Under the pieces are notes generated by a model. That model was given only the letters and a program-made list of their open reading frames with translations. It was not told the DNA's origin and did no database searches. The translations under genes and the position numbers were made by a program. A stretch of 62,723 bases of DNA, counting the filler. It is 4 parts of 4 records of this genome, joined end to end, with 100 filler letters (N's around TTAATTAATTAA, not from the genome) between each part and the next. Parts side by side here need not be neighbours in the genome. Positions count along the whole stretch, not along the records: positions 48,552 to 55,521 come from SRR22947727_3853; positions 55,622 to 62,723 come from SRR22947727_3856; 2 more parts are not named here. One strand, written 5' to 3'. Positions 50,864 to 62,658 of the stretch are shown here, piece after piece (the first letter of the stretch is position 1; every line of letters begins with the position of its first letter).

Positions 50864-53472
50864 AACTCTAATTCAGTTTGCCCTTTATCATCTATCACAT
50901 CTTTACCATTAGTCTTAATCTCCTCTGAATCAACAACTAGTTCATTTATTTCTTTTTTTTCTGGGGGTGTATACTCAAGAGGATCTAATTGATTTATATT
51001 TTTAATCTTGAATGAGCTTAATTTATTTCCAATAGCTTTAATTCCTTTTATTGAAATTAACTGATCCACAACTTTAGTTTCACTATCTCTAACACCTTTT
51101 GATGTTTTAGAAAAAATAAGCTCAACTACTGGCCTCCAATCGGTTGAAACTAATTCTAGTTGAATTTTTGAACCTTCTGGAATAAACTTTTGATCATTAT
51201 TTTGATTTCCTGCTATAAATCTTTTAACAAAATAGTAATCTTTATGTCCGTTAAAATATAAAACAGAAATTGGCTTTTTAGGAATCCACTTCTCTAGAGT
51301 AATCATATCTTCAGGGAAATGCATATTCACATCAGGTTTAACAGTTTTAAGAGATCCCTTTTGCTGGATGATTATTAAATTATCGTCACTCTTAAACTCG
51401 CCTAGTAATTCACCTCTTCCATCAACGTTTAACCTTTGAATGGTTTCATCAAACCAAATTTTTCTTGGTTTTAAAGTAGATAAACCCTTTTCTTTAAACT
51501 CAATTTTATTTATTGTGTATTTAGATACAATATTACCCTTAGATGATCTTCCCTTTATATCCAAATCTGCAAAATCTAACTCCCATTTTAATTTTTTTAT
51601 GGAACCTGTTTGCCTTAAGATGACATTTACTATTTCAGCTTCTCCGTTTGGATTTGCAGAAAAATACAACATCTTAGAATCTTTATTTCCATTAGTTAAA
51701 TCATACACTTTATCTCTTGTAACCCCAGTAACACTAAACCTTTTGATATATGATGTGCCCTTTTTTCCATCTCTGTATATCATATTATAAACTGTTCTTT
51801 TATCCTTCTTTTTAAAAACAGCTACATGTTTAATATTTTTAGAAATAAATTTTTTAGATTCTACTTTTGTAACCATCATTTTACCGTCTTCTGTAAATGT
51901 TATGATATCATCAATATCAGAACATTCTTCGACAAACTCGTCTCTTTTAATAGAAGTACCTATAAAACCTTCTTCTCTGTTAACATACAGCTTACAGTTT
52001 TTAACAACTACTTTTTTAGCATCTACATCTGCAAAAATTCTAATTTCAGTTTTTCTCTTCTTCTCTTTACCATAGATAGTTTTGAGATTTTTAAAATAAG
52101 AAATAGCAAAATCAGTCAGATTACTTAAATTAAAAGCAATTTTATCTAATTCATCCTCAATAGCTTCAATTTTAATTTGCGCTTTATCAATATCAAATTT
52201 TGATATTCTTTTAATTTTAATATCTGTTAATCTAACAATATCATCTTCAACAACTTCTCTTTTTAAGTGTGAAGTAAAAGGTTTTAATCCATTTGAAATA
52301 GCAGAAATTACCCCCTTCCAAGTTTCGACATTTTCAATGTCTCTATATATTCTGTTTTCAATAAAAATTCTTTCAAGCGAAGCATAATGCCATTGATTTT
52401 CATAATCACTTTTTTTGTATTCCAATTCCAATCTTAAAAGTTCTTTAGTGTTTTCAGTAGATCTTTTCAAAATTTCTGAAACACCAATAAATAGCGGTTT
52501 ATTGTCTTCAATAACACACCCTAATGGTGAAATTGATGTTTCACATGAAGTAAAAGCAAACAAACCATCAATAGTTTTGTCTGGTGAAACATTTGAAGGC
52601 AAATGAACTAAAACCTCAACGTTATTGGCTGTATTATCTTCTATTTTTTTAATTTTAATCTTTCCATTGTCATTAGCTTTTAATATAGAATCAATTAAAG
52701 ACGAAGTTGTTGTTGAAAATGGTATTTCACTAATAACTAATGTGTTTTTATTCAATTGATTAATTTTGGCTCTTACTTTTATTCTTCCTCCTCTTAAGCC
52801 GTCATTATAATTACTTACATCCATAATACCAGATGTTGGAAAATCAGGAAATATTGAGAATTTTTGACCTTTCAAACATTTAACAGATGAATCTATTAAT
52901 TCTATAAAATTATGTGGTAGAATTTTAGTCGATAAACCAACCGCGATACCTTCTCCACCCTGTGCTAAAAGTAATGGGAACTTTACCGGTAAGTTTATTG
53001 GTTCTTTTCTTCTTCCATCGTAAGAAGATTGCCAATTAGTTATTTTTGGACTAAAAACTACCTCAAGGGCAAACTTTGATAATCTTGCTTCAATATATCT
53101 TGAAGCTGCAGATCTATCTCCAGTTAAAATATTTCCCCAATTACCTTGAGTTTCAATTAAAAGATCTTTTTGCCCTATCTGAACCATTGCATCAGCAATA
53201 CTTGCATCTCCATGAGGATGGTACTGCATTGTATGACCAACTATGTTGGCAACTTTATTAAACCTTCCATCATCTAGATCTTTCATTGAATGAAGAATCC
53301 TTCTTTGGACAGGCTTAAAACCATCTTCAATAGAGGGAACAGCTCTTTCTAATATCACATATGAAGCATAATCAAGAAACCAGTCTTTGTACATTCCTGA
53401 TACCCTAATTAACGAATCTTCTAATTCATTATCTGAATTTGGTTGATTTGGTTCAATGTAATCTTCTTCCAT
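50860..53472 (-). CDS. parC: DNA topoisomerase IV subunit A (Bacteroidetes type)
   Basis: DGFKPVQRR, YHPHGD, catalytic AASRY; downstream of parE. Confidence 0.9.
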   Translation of the reverse strand: MEEDYIEPNQPNSDNELEDSLIRVSGMYKDWFLDYASYVILERAVPSIEDGFKPVQRRILHSMKDLDDGRFNKVANIVGHTMQYHPHGDASIADAMVQIGQKDLLIETQGNWGNILTGDRSAASRYIEARLSKFALEVVFSPKITNWQSSYDGRRKEPINLPVKFPLLLAQGGEGIAVGLSTKILPHNFIELIDSSVKCLKGQKFSIFPDFPTSGIMDVSNYNDGLRGGRIKVRAKINQLNKNTLVISEIPFSTTTSSLIDSILKANDNGKIKIKKIEDNTANNVEVLVHLPSNVSPDKTIDGLFAFTSCETSISPLGCVIEDNKPLFIGVSEILKRSTENTKELLRLELEYKKSDYENQWHYASLERIFIENRIYRDIENVETWKGVISAISNGLKPFTSHLKREVVEDDIVRLTDIKIKRISKFDIDKAQIKIEAIEDELDKIAFNLSNLTDFAISYFKNLKTIYGKEKKRKTEIRIFADVDAKKVVVKNCKLYVNREEGFIGTSIKRDEFVEECSDIDDIITFTEDGKMMVTKVESKKFISKNIKHVAVFKKKDKRTVYNMIYRDGKKGTSYIKRFSVTGVTRDKVYDLTNGNKDSKMLYFSANPNGEAEIVNVILRQTGSIKKLKWELDFADLDIKGRSSKGNIVSKYTINKIEFKEKGLSTLKPRKIWFDETIQRLNVDGRGELLGEFKSDDNLIIIQQKGSLKTVKPDVNMHFPEDMITLEKWIPKKPISVLYFNGHKDYYFVKRFIAGNQNNDQKFIPEGSKIQLELVSTDWRPVVELIFSKTSKGVRDSETKVVDQLISIKGIKAIGNKLSSFKIKNINQLDPLEYTPPEKKEINELVVDSEEIKTNGKDVIDDKGQTELEF

Positions 53473-53473
53473 A

Positions 53474-55327
53474 TTAAGAATCTATTCTATCCAGTTCAAC
53501 TTTTAAATTATCTATTATAAATTTCTGTCTATCAGGTGTATTTTTTCCCATATAAAACGAAAGAAGATCGTCAATACTAAAGTTTTCATCTAACATAACT
53601 GGATCTAGCTTTATACTTTCTCCAATAAAATATTTAAATTCATTTGGAGATATTTCACCTAAGCCTTTGAACCTAGTGATTTCGGGTTTTGCACCCAATT
53701 TATTAACAGCTTCAATTCTTTCATTTTCAGAATAACAATAAATTGTTTCTTTTTTATTTCGAACTCTAAAAAGAGGAGTTTGTAGAATATACAAATGACC
53801 TTCTTTAATTAGTTCAGGAAAGAATTGCAAAAAGAATGTAATTAAAAGTAATCTAATATGCATTCCGTCAACATCAGCATCTGTAGCAATTACTATATTA
53901 TTATACCTTAAATACTCAATACTTTCTTCAATATTTAAAGCAGCTTGAAGTAAATTAAATTCTTCATTTTCATAAACAATTTTCTTAGTCATTGAATAAC
54001 AGTTAAGAGGCTTTCCTCTTAAACTAAACACCGCTTGTGTATTTACATTTCTAGATTTAGTAATCGATCCACTTGCCGAATCTCCCTCTGTAATAAACAA
54101 AGTTGAATCCAGTCTGTTTTCTTTGTTCATATCGCCAAGATGCACACGACAATCTCTTAATTTTTTATTGTGTAAGCTTGATTTTTTGGCTCTCTCTCTA
54201 GCTAACTTTCTAATACCTGACAATTCTTTTCTTTCCTTTTCTGCTCGAATAATTTTTTTTTGAATCTCCTCAGCAGTTTTAGGATTTTTATGAAGATAAT
54301 TATCTAAATATTTACCTATAAAATCGTTAATATATGATCTAACGGTGGGAAGACCACCTCCCATTTCGGTAGAACCTAATTTAGTTTTAGTCTGAGACTC
54401 AAAAACAGGTTCCATCACCTTAATACTTACAGCAGAAATAATAGATTTTCTTATGTCACTAGCATCATATGGTTTTCCATAAAAATCTCTAACAACCTTA
54501 ACTAAAGCTTCTCTAAAAGCTGATTGATGAGTCCCTCCTTGTGTTGTATGTTGACCGTTTACAAATGAATAATATTCTTCACTGTATTGAATTTTACTAT
54601 GAGTTAAGGCAATTTCTATATCATCACCCTTTAAATGTATTATTGGATATAATAATTTCTCTACATCATTATTATCTTCTAAAAGATCTTTTAGACCGTT
54701 TTTTGAAGTGTATTTTTCTCCGTTAAAAACTATGGTTAAACCTGGATTTAAATAAACATAATACTTGAGCATCTTAGAAACATACTCTGCTCTATATTTA
54801 TATTTCTTAAAGATTAAATCGTCTGGAATAAAAGTTACTTTAGTCCCTTTCCTTTTAGAGGATTCTTCAATATCATTATCTAGTGTTAAATTTCCTTTTT
54901 CAAAAAATACAGATTTAATTTTTCCATCTCTACAGGACTCAACTTTAAAACTTGAAGATAAAGCGTTCACAGCCTTAGTACCTACTCCATTTAAACCGAC
55001 TGATTTCTTAAATGCTCTTGAGTCGTATTTACCACCTGTGTTCATCTTAGAAACCACATCAACAACTTTTCCAAGTGGAATTCCTCTTCCATAATCTCTG
55101 ACAGAAACACCAAATTCAGAAATCGAAATCTCAATTGTTTTACCAGCACCCATGACAAATTCATCAATCGAGTTATCTAAAACTTCTTTTAATAAAATAT
55201 AAATACCGTCATCAGGAGAAGATCCATCTCCTAATTTACCTATATACATTCCTGGACGCATTCTAATGTGCTCTTTCCAGTCTAATGAGCGAATATTATC
55301 TTCAGTGTAATTGGTTGTAACTGACAT
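53474..55327 (-). CDS. parE: DNA topoisomerase IV subunit B
   Basis: RPGMYIG, DYGRGIP, EGDSA, LRGKPLN, TDADVDG, RFKGLGE. Confidence 0.92.
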   Translation of the reverse strand: MSVTTNYTEDNIRSLDWKEHIRMRPGMYIGKLGDGSSPDDGIYILLKEVLDNSIDEFVMGAGKTIEISISEFGVSVRDYGRGIPLGKVVDVVSKMNTGGKYDSRAFKKSVGLNGVGTKAVNALSSSFKVESCRDGKIKSVFFEKGNLTLDNDIEESSKRKGTKVTFIPDDLIFKKYKYRAEYVSKMLKYYVYLNPGLTIVFNGEKYTSKNGLKDLLEDNNDVEKLLYPIIHLKGDDIEIALTHSKIQYSEEYYSFVNGQHTTQGGTHQSAFREALVKVVRDFYGKPYDASDIRKSIISAVSIKVMEPVFESQTKTKLGSTEMGGGLPTVRSYINDFIGKYLDNYLHKNPKTAEEIQKKIIRAEKERKELSGIRKLARERAKKSSLHNKKLRDCRVHLGDMNKENRLDSTLFITEGDSASGSITKSRNVNTQAVFSLRGKPLNCYSMTKKIVYENEEFNLLQAALNIEESIEYLRYNNIVIATDADVDGMHIRLLLITFFLQFFPELIKEGHLYILQTPLFRVRNKKETIYCYSENERIEAVNKLGAKPEITRFKGLGEISPNEFKYFIGESIKLDPVMLDENFSIDDLLSFYMGKNTPDRQKFIIDNLKVELDRIDS

Positions 55328-55427
55328 TGCTACGAAAATAGCTAATATAGATGTGTATTAAAAAAAAATAAATTGGTGTTTTAATAAATTAATTAACAAT
55401 AGAATTACTCACTTGTTGAAATCTTTT

Positions 55428-55520
55428 TTAAACGTTAAATCTAAAATGCATAACATCACCATCATTAACCACATATTCTTTGCCTTCGATATTTAATTTA
55501 CCAGCTTCTTTAACTTTAAT
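55428..55520 (-). CDS. ychF: C-terminal fragment of ATPase YchF (not in the ORF track)
   Basis: Translates [30 protein letters not shown], the conserved YchF C-terminus. Confidence 0.92.
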   Translation of the reverse strand: MKVKEAGKLNIEGKEYVVNDGDVMHFRFNV

Positions 55521-55521
55521 C

Positions 55522-55621
55522 NNNNNNNNNNNNNNNNNNNNNNNNNNNNNNNNNNNNNNNNNNNNTTAATTAATTAANNNNNNNNNNNNNNNNNNNNNNN
55601 NNNNNNNNNNNNNNNNNNNNN
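55522..55621. other. artificial contig spacer N44-TTAATTAATTAA-N44
   Basis: Identical to the other two spacers. Confidence 0.98.
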
Positions 55622-56953
55622 ATAAATTATTATTTTCTCTTCAGAACCAGAACCTATGATTGTATAACCTATAATCTTCACTTCTCCACTTTTCTTAGTT
55701 GACAATTTTTTTGGAATATCTAAATTAGCCGCCTCTTCAGTAACATCTTTATAATTAAATGGAATTAAAGAATTTTTCGACCATACGGCATAAGATTGTT
55801 TTGTCATCATTCCTGATACCCCAGTTACCAAACCAATGCATTTATTGTTATCTCTAATTTTTTCTATAACCTTAACTGTAGATGTTAAAACATAATGGTT
55901 TAACGGGCCTCCGGCAAATGACATTCCTCCAGTCACAGTGAATGCATCTTTTTTATTAAGTAGCAATGAGTCCGCAAAGAGTTTTACTGCAATGGGAAAA
56001 CAGCTATAAAGGTCATATATATTAGGTTTTATATTATTATCTTTGCATACATTTAAAATATGTTTTGCAGCTAATTGCATTCCCATTGGCCTTGCAAGAT
56101 CTTTTCTTAAAATAGTTGGAATCATGTGATTAGATTCTGCAGATGCTATTGGATAAACTCTCTTACTATTTGGCACATCTAATTTATCTGCAATTTCTTC
56201 ACTACAAATGATTAAGGCAGCTGACTGATTAACATTCCAGCTCGTGCAATGATATTTATTATAGGGAAATGCTTGTTTCTTATTTTTTTCTGACTCATTT
56301 AAGATATCTTCATTAGATATAGACTTCTTGAGCCAACTTTCTTTATTTGTTACAGCAACCTCTGAAAATTTTTTATAAAGATCTGCAATATCTTTTTTAT
56401 ACTCATTAATCTTAATGCCTTTTCTAGACCTATATGCACTATCTATAATTGAGTAATATCCCACTGCCATTTGGCCAAGCTCATCCTCCTCTTCAGGAAT
56501 TCTTAATTCATCTTTTGCTTTAATATAATAATCAGGATTTTTATTTAACTCAGTTTCAAAATACTCTTTACCGACCTTAGATGCCAAAACCCTTTTATAT
56601 CTAGACTCTCCACCTATAATTAGTGATGCTTTTATATTTCCATCAATAATATTTAAACAGGCTTCGTTAATAAGGTTTTGTTGCAGCACACCAACTTTAG
56701 CAATACTTGTTTTCACATTTGAGATATTATTTTTATCTGCTATCCATCTTCCTGGATCTCTGTATTTCCAATAACCTTTTGGAATTCGAATATCATCAAT
56801 ATATTTTGTTATATTGTTATTCTCAGTATCTTTAATGGCTGCCTTCACAGCGCTATCCATAAGTATCAGAGCTTCATCTAGATTTTCTAATTTATCTTTT
56901 TGACTTAAGGAGGATATCCCAATAACTACTGGTGTATTTTTATGACTGCTCAT
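55622..56953 (-). CDS. atypical thiolase-like protein (acetyl-CoA acetyltransferase family), 3' truncated; start moved to ATG 56953
   Basis: TPVVIG, GGE, NVNQSAA, DLYSCFP, TVTGG..FAGGPLN.Y. Confidence 0.82.
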
Positions 56954-57572
56954 TGGAGGCTTCACCCCAGAAATTATAACCAATGAACTTGGGTGTTTTT
57001 GGCAAATACATTTTGTTTAATTTATTTATCTTCAGACCTGATTCAACTAATAGGCTTGGGATATCTCTATTTAAATTACATCCGCCAAAAATTTTCTTCC
57101 AGATAGGATTCAGTAGGTTTTGAAATTTTTGCACTTTTTGATCAGGGCTTATTCCATGTTCAAGGAAAATAATTTTTCCATCTTTTTTCATAATTCTCTT
57201 TATCTCACTTAGCGATGATTTTATTTCAGGTATGGTGCATAAAGTGTATGTTATCAATATCGTATCAACTGACTGATCTGGAAGATCTATTTTCTCAGCA
57301 CCAGATATAATAAATTCAATATCAATATCATTCTTATCGGCCAATACTTGAGCAATATCATTTGATTCTTTAGAGGGGTCTAACCCAATAATTTTTAATA
57401 TGTTACTTTTGTTGTAAAAAGGGATATTTAAACCAGTACCTATACCAATTTCTAATACTACGCCTTCGGCCAAAGGCACAACTTTTTCTCTTTGTTTTTG
57501 AATTGGGCCCTGGCTGCAACAGCAATTACATAATTTTGGTAAAACTCTTTTTTCATAAAAACTTGATATCAA
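56940..57572 (-). CDS. class I SAM-dependent methyltransferase
   Basis: [27 protein letters not shown]. Confidence 0.88.
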   Translation of the reverse strand: MISSFYEKRVLPKLCNCCCSQGPIQKQREKVVPLAEGVVLEIGIGTGLNIPFYNKSNILKIIGLDPSKESNDIAQVLADKNDIDIEFIISGAEKIDLPDQSVDTILITYTLCTIPEIKSSLSEIKRIMKKDGKIIFLEHGISPDQKVQKFQNLLNPIWKKIFGGCNLNRDIPSLLVESGLKINKLNKMYLPKTPKFIGYNFWGEASNEQS

Positions 57573-58360
57573 CTTTCAATTTCCCATAAAGGCATTGCAG
57601 CTGTATTGAAGCCTGCGTCAACATATGTAATTTCACCAGTAATACCGCTTGCATAATCAGAGCACATAAATGCTGCAACATTGCCAACTTCTTCAATTGT
57701 CACCGTCCTTCCCAAGGGTGCTCTTTCTGAATGTTGTGATAACATTTTCCTGAAATTCTTTACACCTGATGCAGCCAAGGTTTTTATTGGTCCTGCTGAA
57801 ATAGCATTAACCCTTACTCCATCTTTGCCCATTGAAGCTGCTAAAAATCTTGTATTAGCCTCCAAACTTGCTTTGGCAAGACCCATTACATTGTAATTAG
57901 GTAGGGTTTGGACAGAGCCAAGGTATGTAAGAGTTAATAATGCTGAATTGTTATTCAGAAGAGGTTTGGCTTGTTTTGCTAATGCAGTAAAACTGTATGA
58001 GCTAACGTCATGCGCTATCTGAAAACCTTCACGAGTAGTAACATCAACAAAACTTCCCTTAAGTTGATCTGCCGGAGCAAACCCAATCGAGTGAACCAAC
58101 CCATCAAAGTTTGACCAATGTTTCTGAAGTTCTTTAAATGAATTTTTTAACGATTCATCACAAGACACATCGCATTCGATTAAAATATTTGAACCAAGAG
58201 ATTCGGCTATAGGCTTTAAGTTCTTTAACATCCTTTCATTTTGATACATGAAAGCTAAGTCTGCTCCTTCTCTATTCATTGCTTCTGCAATTCCTGAAGC
58301 AATTGAATATTTATTCGCTAAACCAGTTATCAATATTTTTTTACCTTTTAGAAGACCCAT
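57569..58360 (-). CDS. fabI: enoyl-ACP reductase
   Basis: [35 protein letters not shown]. Confidence 0.97.
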   Translation of the reverse strand: MGLLKGKKILITGLANKYSIASGIAEAMNREGADLAFMYQNERMLKNLKPIAESLGSNILIECDVSCDESLKNSFKELQKHWSNFDGLVHSIGFAPADQLKGSFVDVTTREGFQIAHDVSSYSFTALAKQAKPLLNNNSALLTLTYLGSVQTLPNYNVMGLAKASLEANTRFLAASMGKDGVRVNAISAGPIKTLAASGVKNFRKMLSQHSERAPLGRTVTIEEVGNVAAFMCSDYASGITGEITYVDAGFNTAAMPLWEIES

Positions 58361-58692
58361 GGATTGTTACCTAAAGTTAATTTAATTATCAATTATATAA
58401 TATAGGTAAATTAAAAAATGTATCAGCATCTTTTAATTTAAATTTAATTTCTACTTATTACTAATTTCAAAGTTTCTTAATTAATTTATTTTTTTATAAC
58501 CCACTCAGTCTATATATATAAAAATGGCTACTTTTAAGCATTTAAGTCAATAAATTGGCACAAAAGTGCATTTATTACTTCATTTGTTTTGACAAAAAGG
58601 CATTTTTCTCTAACAATTAGAGCTTAGTAGCAGTATTGCTATAACGTTTTGCGTTTGTGTGCTGTAATTTTTATAAACTATTGGGGAAAAAT

Positions 58693-61500
58693 ATGAATAA
58701 GAATAGTTATTTATTTAGCTTAGCTTTAGTATCATCTCTTATGTTAGCTCCTTTTACATTTGCTCAAGATGACGCAGATGTTGAAGAAGTTGTTGTAACT
58801 GGTTCAAAAATTAAAGGTTCAGATCTTTATTCTTTTGCTCCTATTACTGAAATAACACAAGAAGATATTGCTATTACAGGTAAAGCTTCAATTGGTGAGA
58901 TCTTGCTTGAACTTCCAGGACAGGGTTCTGGTTTAAGCAGAAACTATAATAATGGTGGCTCAGGTGCTGTTAGGTTAGATCTTAGAAACATAGGATCATC
59001 AAGGAACTTAGTTCTTGTTGACGGAAGAAGATGGGTTAATTCAGGTGGCGGGGCTAATGCTTCTGTTGATTTGAACTCTATCCCTTCGGCTTTGGTTGAA
59101 AGGGTTGAGATTCTTAGAGATGGTGCTTCAGCTGTATATGGCTCAGATGCTATAGCAGGTGTAATTAACATTATTCTTAAGGATGAGTTTGAAGGCGTAC
59201 AGGCTTCATACCAGACTGGTGAATATTTTGATGGTGGTGGCCAAGCTGAGACAATGTCTTTAACTATGGGCACATCTTCAGACAAAGGCTCATTCATTGC
59301 TGGGTTATCACATGTTGACTTAAGTCAGCTAGGTAATGGCGATAGACCTCAAACTGCTGCAGCTCCGGCTGGTGGTGGTTCTTCAGGTACACCTCAAGGT
59401 AGATTTGTCTATGCAGATGTTGTTGGTGACTGTGGAAACTTTACAGTTGCTGAAGGAACTCCAGGAACTAACGCAGCTACTGATTTCAGATGCTTTACTA
59501 GCCCTGATGACAGATTTAACTACAACCCTTACAACTACATTGAAACTCCAAACGAAAGATGGAATGCATTCATGAAGGGTTCATACAAGCTTGATGATGA
59601 AACAACATTTAACATGAATGTTACTTATCAGAAAAGACAATCAGACCAATTACTAGCTCCAACTCCATTATTTTATGGTTTCGGTGATTTTGGTGGAGAT
59701 GAAGGTATTGGTGCTAACCAGCCTTATAACCCATTCGGAATTGAGTTTTGTGGTCTAGGTGGAACAACTAACGACGGCAGAACTTGTGATGATGCAACTT
59801 TAGGCGCAGGTAACTACGCAGTAGGTTGGTTCGGAAGAAGAATGCTTGAAGCTGGAAACAGACAATTTAGTCAAGATATTGAAACATACAGATTTGGTCT
59901 TTCATTAGAAGGTAAAGTTGGTGGTTATGACTATACAGCTTACTATTCATCAGCAACTAATAATGCTTCTGAAACAACTGGGGGTCTATTAGATACTGGT
60001 GCAATCAGAAGATCATTATCTTCAGACTGTGGTCCTGATGGAAACGGTGTTACTTGTCTAAACATTTTTGGTGGTCAAGGTCCTGACAGTGCATACATAG
60101 GTAATAACTTATGGTCTGGTTCAGGTTCAATTACTCCTGAAATGGTTAGAGCTATTTCTTTCCAAGCTAAAGATTTAGGTGGAAATGATATGGTTAACTA
60201 TGGTGTTGATTTCTCAGGCGAGGCTTATGGAGCTATGGTAGCTTTTGGTTATGAGCACAGAGAAGAATCAGGATTTAATTTCCCAGATGCTTTCATATCT
60301 AAAGGATTATCTTCAGGTAATGCTTCACAACCAGTTAGTGGTGATATTGAAGTAGACGAAGTATATGGTGAAGTTGTTGTTGACGTTACTGACATGGTTC
60401 AGGTTAATGTTGCTTCAAGATTCTCAGATTACTCAACATTTGGTTCTACTACTAATACTAAAGTTGGAGTGTTATATACACCTACTTCAGAATTAAAAGT
60501 TAGAGCATCATTCTCAGAAGGTTTCAGAGCTCCATCAATTGGTGCTTTATATAGTGGAAATAGCGATAGCTACCCAGATCTATCTGACCCTTGTGATGTA
60601 TCTGCTGCTAACTTCACAGGTGATGCTGCTACTGGTACACAAACTGGTGTTTGTGCTGCTGCAGGTGTTCCTAATGGATTTGAGCAACCAAATACACAGA
60701 TTCGTATAACAGTTGGTGGTAATGCAAACACTCAACCTGAAGAATCAGAAAGTACTAATATTGGTGTTGTTTATACTCCAGCAGCTGTTGAAGGTTTAAC
60801 AGTATTTGCTGACTGGTATGACATTGAAATCACAAATCAGATTTCAAGCATCGGTGCTCAGTTAATTCTTAATGGATGTTACACAGGTGCTGAAGCATCA
60901 TATTGTAATCTTGTTGACCGTACAGGTGCAGGTACAGTAGCAGACTTAAGAGATACTACAAATAACGTTGGAACGCTTGAAACTTCAGGTCTTGAAGCTG
61001 GAGCTACTTATGACTGGTCTACTAGTTATGGTGACTTTGCTTTAACTACTGATGCAAGATGGTTAGATAACGTTACAACTACTAAAGCTAATGGAGACGT
61101 TGAAGAAATGGCTGGTTACATCTCAGGTTCAGACAGAGATAACTATGTTGATTTCAAAACTAACGTTTCTTTACAGTGGAGTCAGAATGACATGTTTGGT
61201 TCAGTAACATACCAATACTTCGGAGAAGGTAAAGGTGTTGCTAACGAAGGCCCAACATTAGTTGCTGCTACTGGTTTATTAGTAGAAGAAGATGTTCGTG
61301 ATATAGATGCAATTGGATACTTAGATGCACAATTTGGTATGTACCTAAGTGATTACAATGCAACTGTAAGAGTTGGTGTTGATAATCTTCTTGATGAAGA
61401 TCCAACATTCTTCCCTGAAACATTTGCTAATGATTTTGACCCTGCATATAGAACTTGGGGTTCACAGTCATGGTACGTTAATGTGACAGTTAATTTCTAA
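58693..61500 (+). CDS. TonB-dependent outer-membrane receptor (start moved to ATG 58693)
   Basis: Signal peptide, TonB box EEVVVTGS, plug motif ERVEIL.DGASAVYGSDAIAGVINIIL, FRAPS, C-terminal Phe; GGGGAA ribosome-binding site. Confidence 0.95.
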   Translation: MNKNSYLFSLALVSSLMLAPFTFAQDDADVEEVVVTGSKIKGSDLYSFAPITEITQEDIAITGKASIGEILLELPGQGSGLSRNYNNGGSGAVRLDLRNIGSSRNLVLVDGRRWVNSGGGANASVDLNSIPSALVERVEILRDGASAVYGSDAIAGVINIILKDEFEGVQASYQTGEYFDGGGQAETMSLTMGTSSDKGSFIAGLSHVDLSQLGNGDRPQTAAAPAGGGSSGTPQGRFVYADVVGDCGNFTVAEGTPGTNAATDFRCFTSPDDRFNYNPYNYIETPNERWNAFMKGSYKLDDETTFNMNVTYQKRQSDQLLAPTPLFYGFGDFGGDEGIGANQPYNPFGIEFCGLGGTTNDGRTCDDATLGAGNYAVGWFGRRMLEAGNRQFSQDIETYRFGLSLEGKVGGYDYTAYYSSATNNASETTGGLLDTGAIRRSLSSDCGPDGNGVTCLNIFGGQGPDSAYIGNNLWSGSGSITPEMVRAISFQAKDLGGNDMVNYGVDFSGEAYGAMVAFGYEHREESGFNFPDAFISKGLSSGNASQPVSGDIEVDEVYGEVVVDVTDMVQVNVASRFSDYSTFGSTTNTKVGVLYTPTSELKVRASFSEGFRAPSIGALYSGNSDSYPDLSDPCDVSAANFTGDAATGTQTGVCAAAGVPNGFEQPNTQIRITVGGNANTQPEESESTNIGVVYTPAAVEGLTVFADWYDIEITNQISSIGAQLILNGCYTGAEASYCNLVDRTGAGTVADLRDTTNNVGTLETSGLEAGATYDWSTSYGDFALTTDARWLDNVTTTKANGDVEEMAGYISGSDRDNYVDFKTNVSLQWSQNDMFGSVTYQYFGEGKGVANEGPTLVAATGLLVEEDVRDIDAIGYLDAQFGMYLSDYNATVRVGVDNLLDEDPTFFPETFANDFDPAYRTWGSQSWYVNVTVNF

Positions 61501-61515
61501 TCGAACTTTGATTTT

Positions 61516-61545
61516 AAAAGGGCTACTTTTGTAGCCCTTTTTTTT
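61516..61545 (+). terminator. rho-independent terminator after the TonB-dependent receptor
   Basis: AAAAGGGCTAC-TTTT-GTAGCCC followed by a T8 run. Confidence 0.92.
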
Positions 61546-61679
61546 GGGTTAAAATAAATTCATGAAAATCTATAAATACTTATTTGCTAGAACTCAAAGG
61601 GTAAAAATATTCTTATTAAATGCATTCATTAAAAATTTAGCTAAAAAAGCTATTAAAAAGTAATTTATATATAAACCTT

Positions 61680-62651
61680 ATGCACAAGACAATTTTTAGT
61701 TTTTTTATACTAACTATTTCATTTAATCTTTCTGCAGATTTTAAAAACTCCAACGGTAAGGCATTGGAAAAATCATTAGGTCAGATGCTTGAATGGATGA
61801 ATTCGGATATAGAACCTATAATTACTAAGATAAATTTATCAGATCAGTGGGAAACGATAGACTTATTAAATGATGATAACTATGTCATATGGGTTGGACA
61901 TTCCACTTTTTTGATTAAGAAATCTGGCGTAACTATTCTTACTGACCCTATTTTTTCAGAAAGGGCATCACCACTTAAAAATTTTGGCCCCAAACGATTA
62001 ATACCTCCTGCATTACAAATTGAAGATATTCCTAAAATTGATTTTGTTACAGTAAGCCACAATCATTATGATCATCTTGATACAAGATCACTTAAAGAAA
62101 TTTCTGCTCTTCATCCTGATGCAATATTCCTTGTTCCATCGGGTGATCTAAAACTGCTTAAGAGAAATAAAATTAATAATGTATATGAGTTTGACTGGTG
62201 GGAGTCGTTTAAGGATAAAAATTTTGAATTTACATTCACTCCTGTTCAGCATTGGTCTAAAAGATCACTATTTGATCGAAATAAAAGTCTTTGGGGTGGA
62301 TGGTACATAACACACAGTGATTACTCCATGTATCACGCTGGAGATACAGGCTACTCAGATGATTTCATAGAAACTAGAAAGAGATTAGGAGCTCCAAAAT
62401 ATGCTTTCATTCCAATTGGAGCCTATGACCCTGAATGGTTCATGTCAGACAGTCATGTAAACCCAGAGGAGGCCGTACAAATAATGTTAGATCTAAAAGC
62501 TGAAAAAGGTTTTGGAATGCATTGGGCAACCTTTACGCTAACTGATGAAGATACGATTGAACCAAAGATAAGGCTTGAAAATGCCACCTCTAATCTTAAT
62601 TCTCTAGACTTCATTTCGATAGTTCCAGGAGAGGTAATAAATTTAGATTAA
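61680..62651 (+). CDS. exported metallo-beta-lactamase-fold hydrolase (NAPE-PLD/RomA-like)
   Basis: WVGHST, TDPIFS, SHNHYDHLD, QHWS.R, GDTGY, PIGAY.P, MHWATF. Confidence 0.9.
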   Translation: MHKTIFSFFILTISFNLSADFKNSNGKALEKSLGQMLEWMNSDIEPIITKINLSDQWETIDLLNDDNYVIWVGHSTFLIKKSGVTILTDPIFSERASPLKNFGPKRLIPPALQIEDIPKIDFVTVSHNHYDHLDTRSLKEISALHPDAIFLVPSGDLKLLKRNKINNVYEFDWWESFKDKNFEFTFTPVQHWSKRSLFDRNKSLWGGWYITHSDYSMYHAGDTGYSDDFIETRKRLGAPKYAFIPIGAYDPEWFMSDSHVNPEEAVQIMLDLKAEKGFGMHWATFTLTDEDTIEPKIRLENATSNLNSLDFISIVPGEVINLD

Positions 62652-62658
62652 GTATTAA

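Noticed and set aside
58555..58570. sigma54 promoter TGGCAC...TGCA upstream of the TonB-dependent receptor
   Set aside because: Spacing is GG-N9-GC, not the required GG-N10-GC.
58361..58692. Cobalamin or TPP riboswitch, or Fur box, before the receptor
   Set aside because: I could not see the conserved riboswitch cores or a convincing Fur box, only short dyads such as TAGCA-GTAT-TGCTA. An Infernal/Rfam search would settle it.
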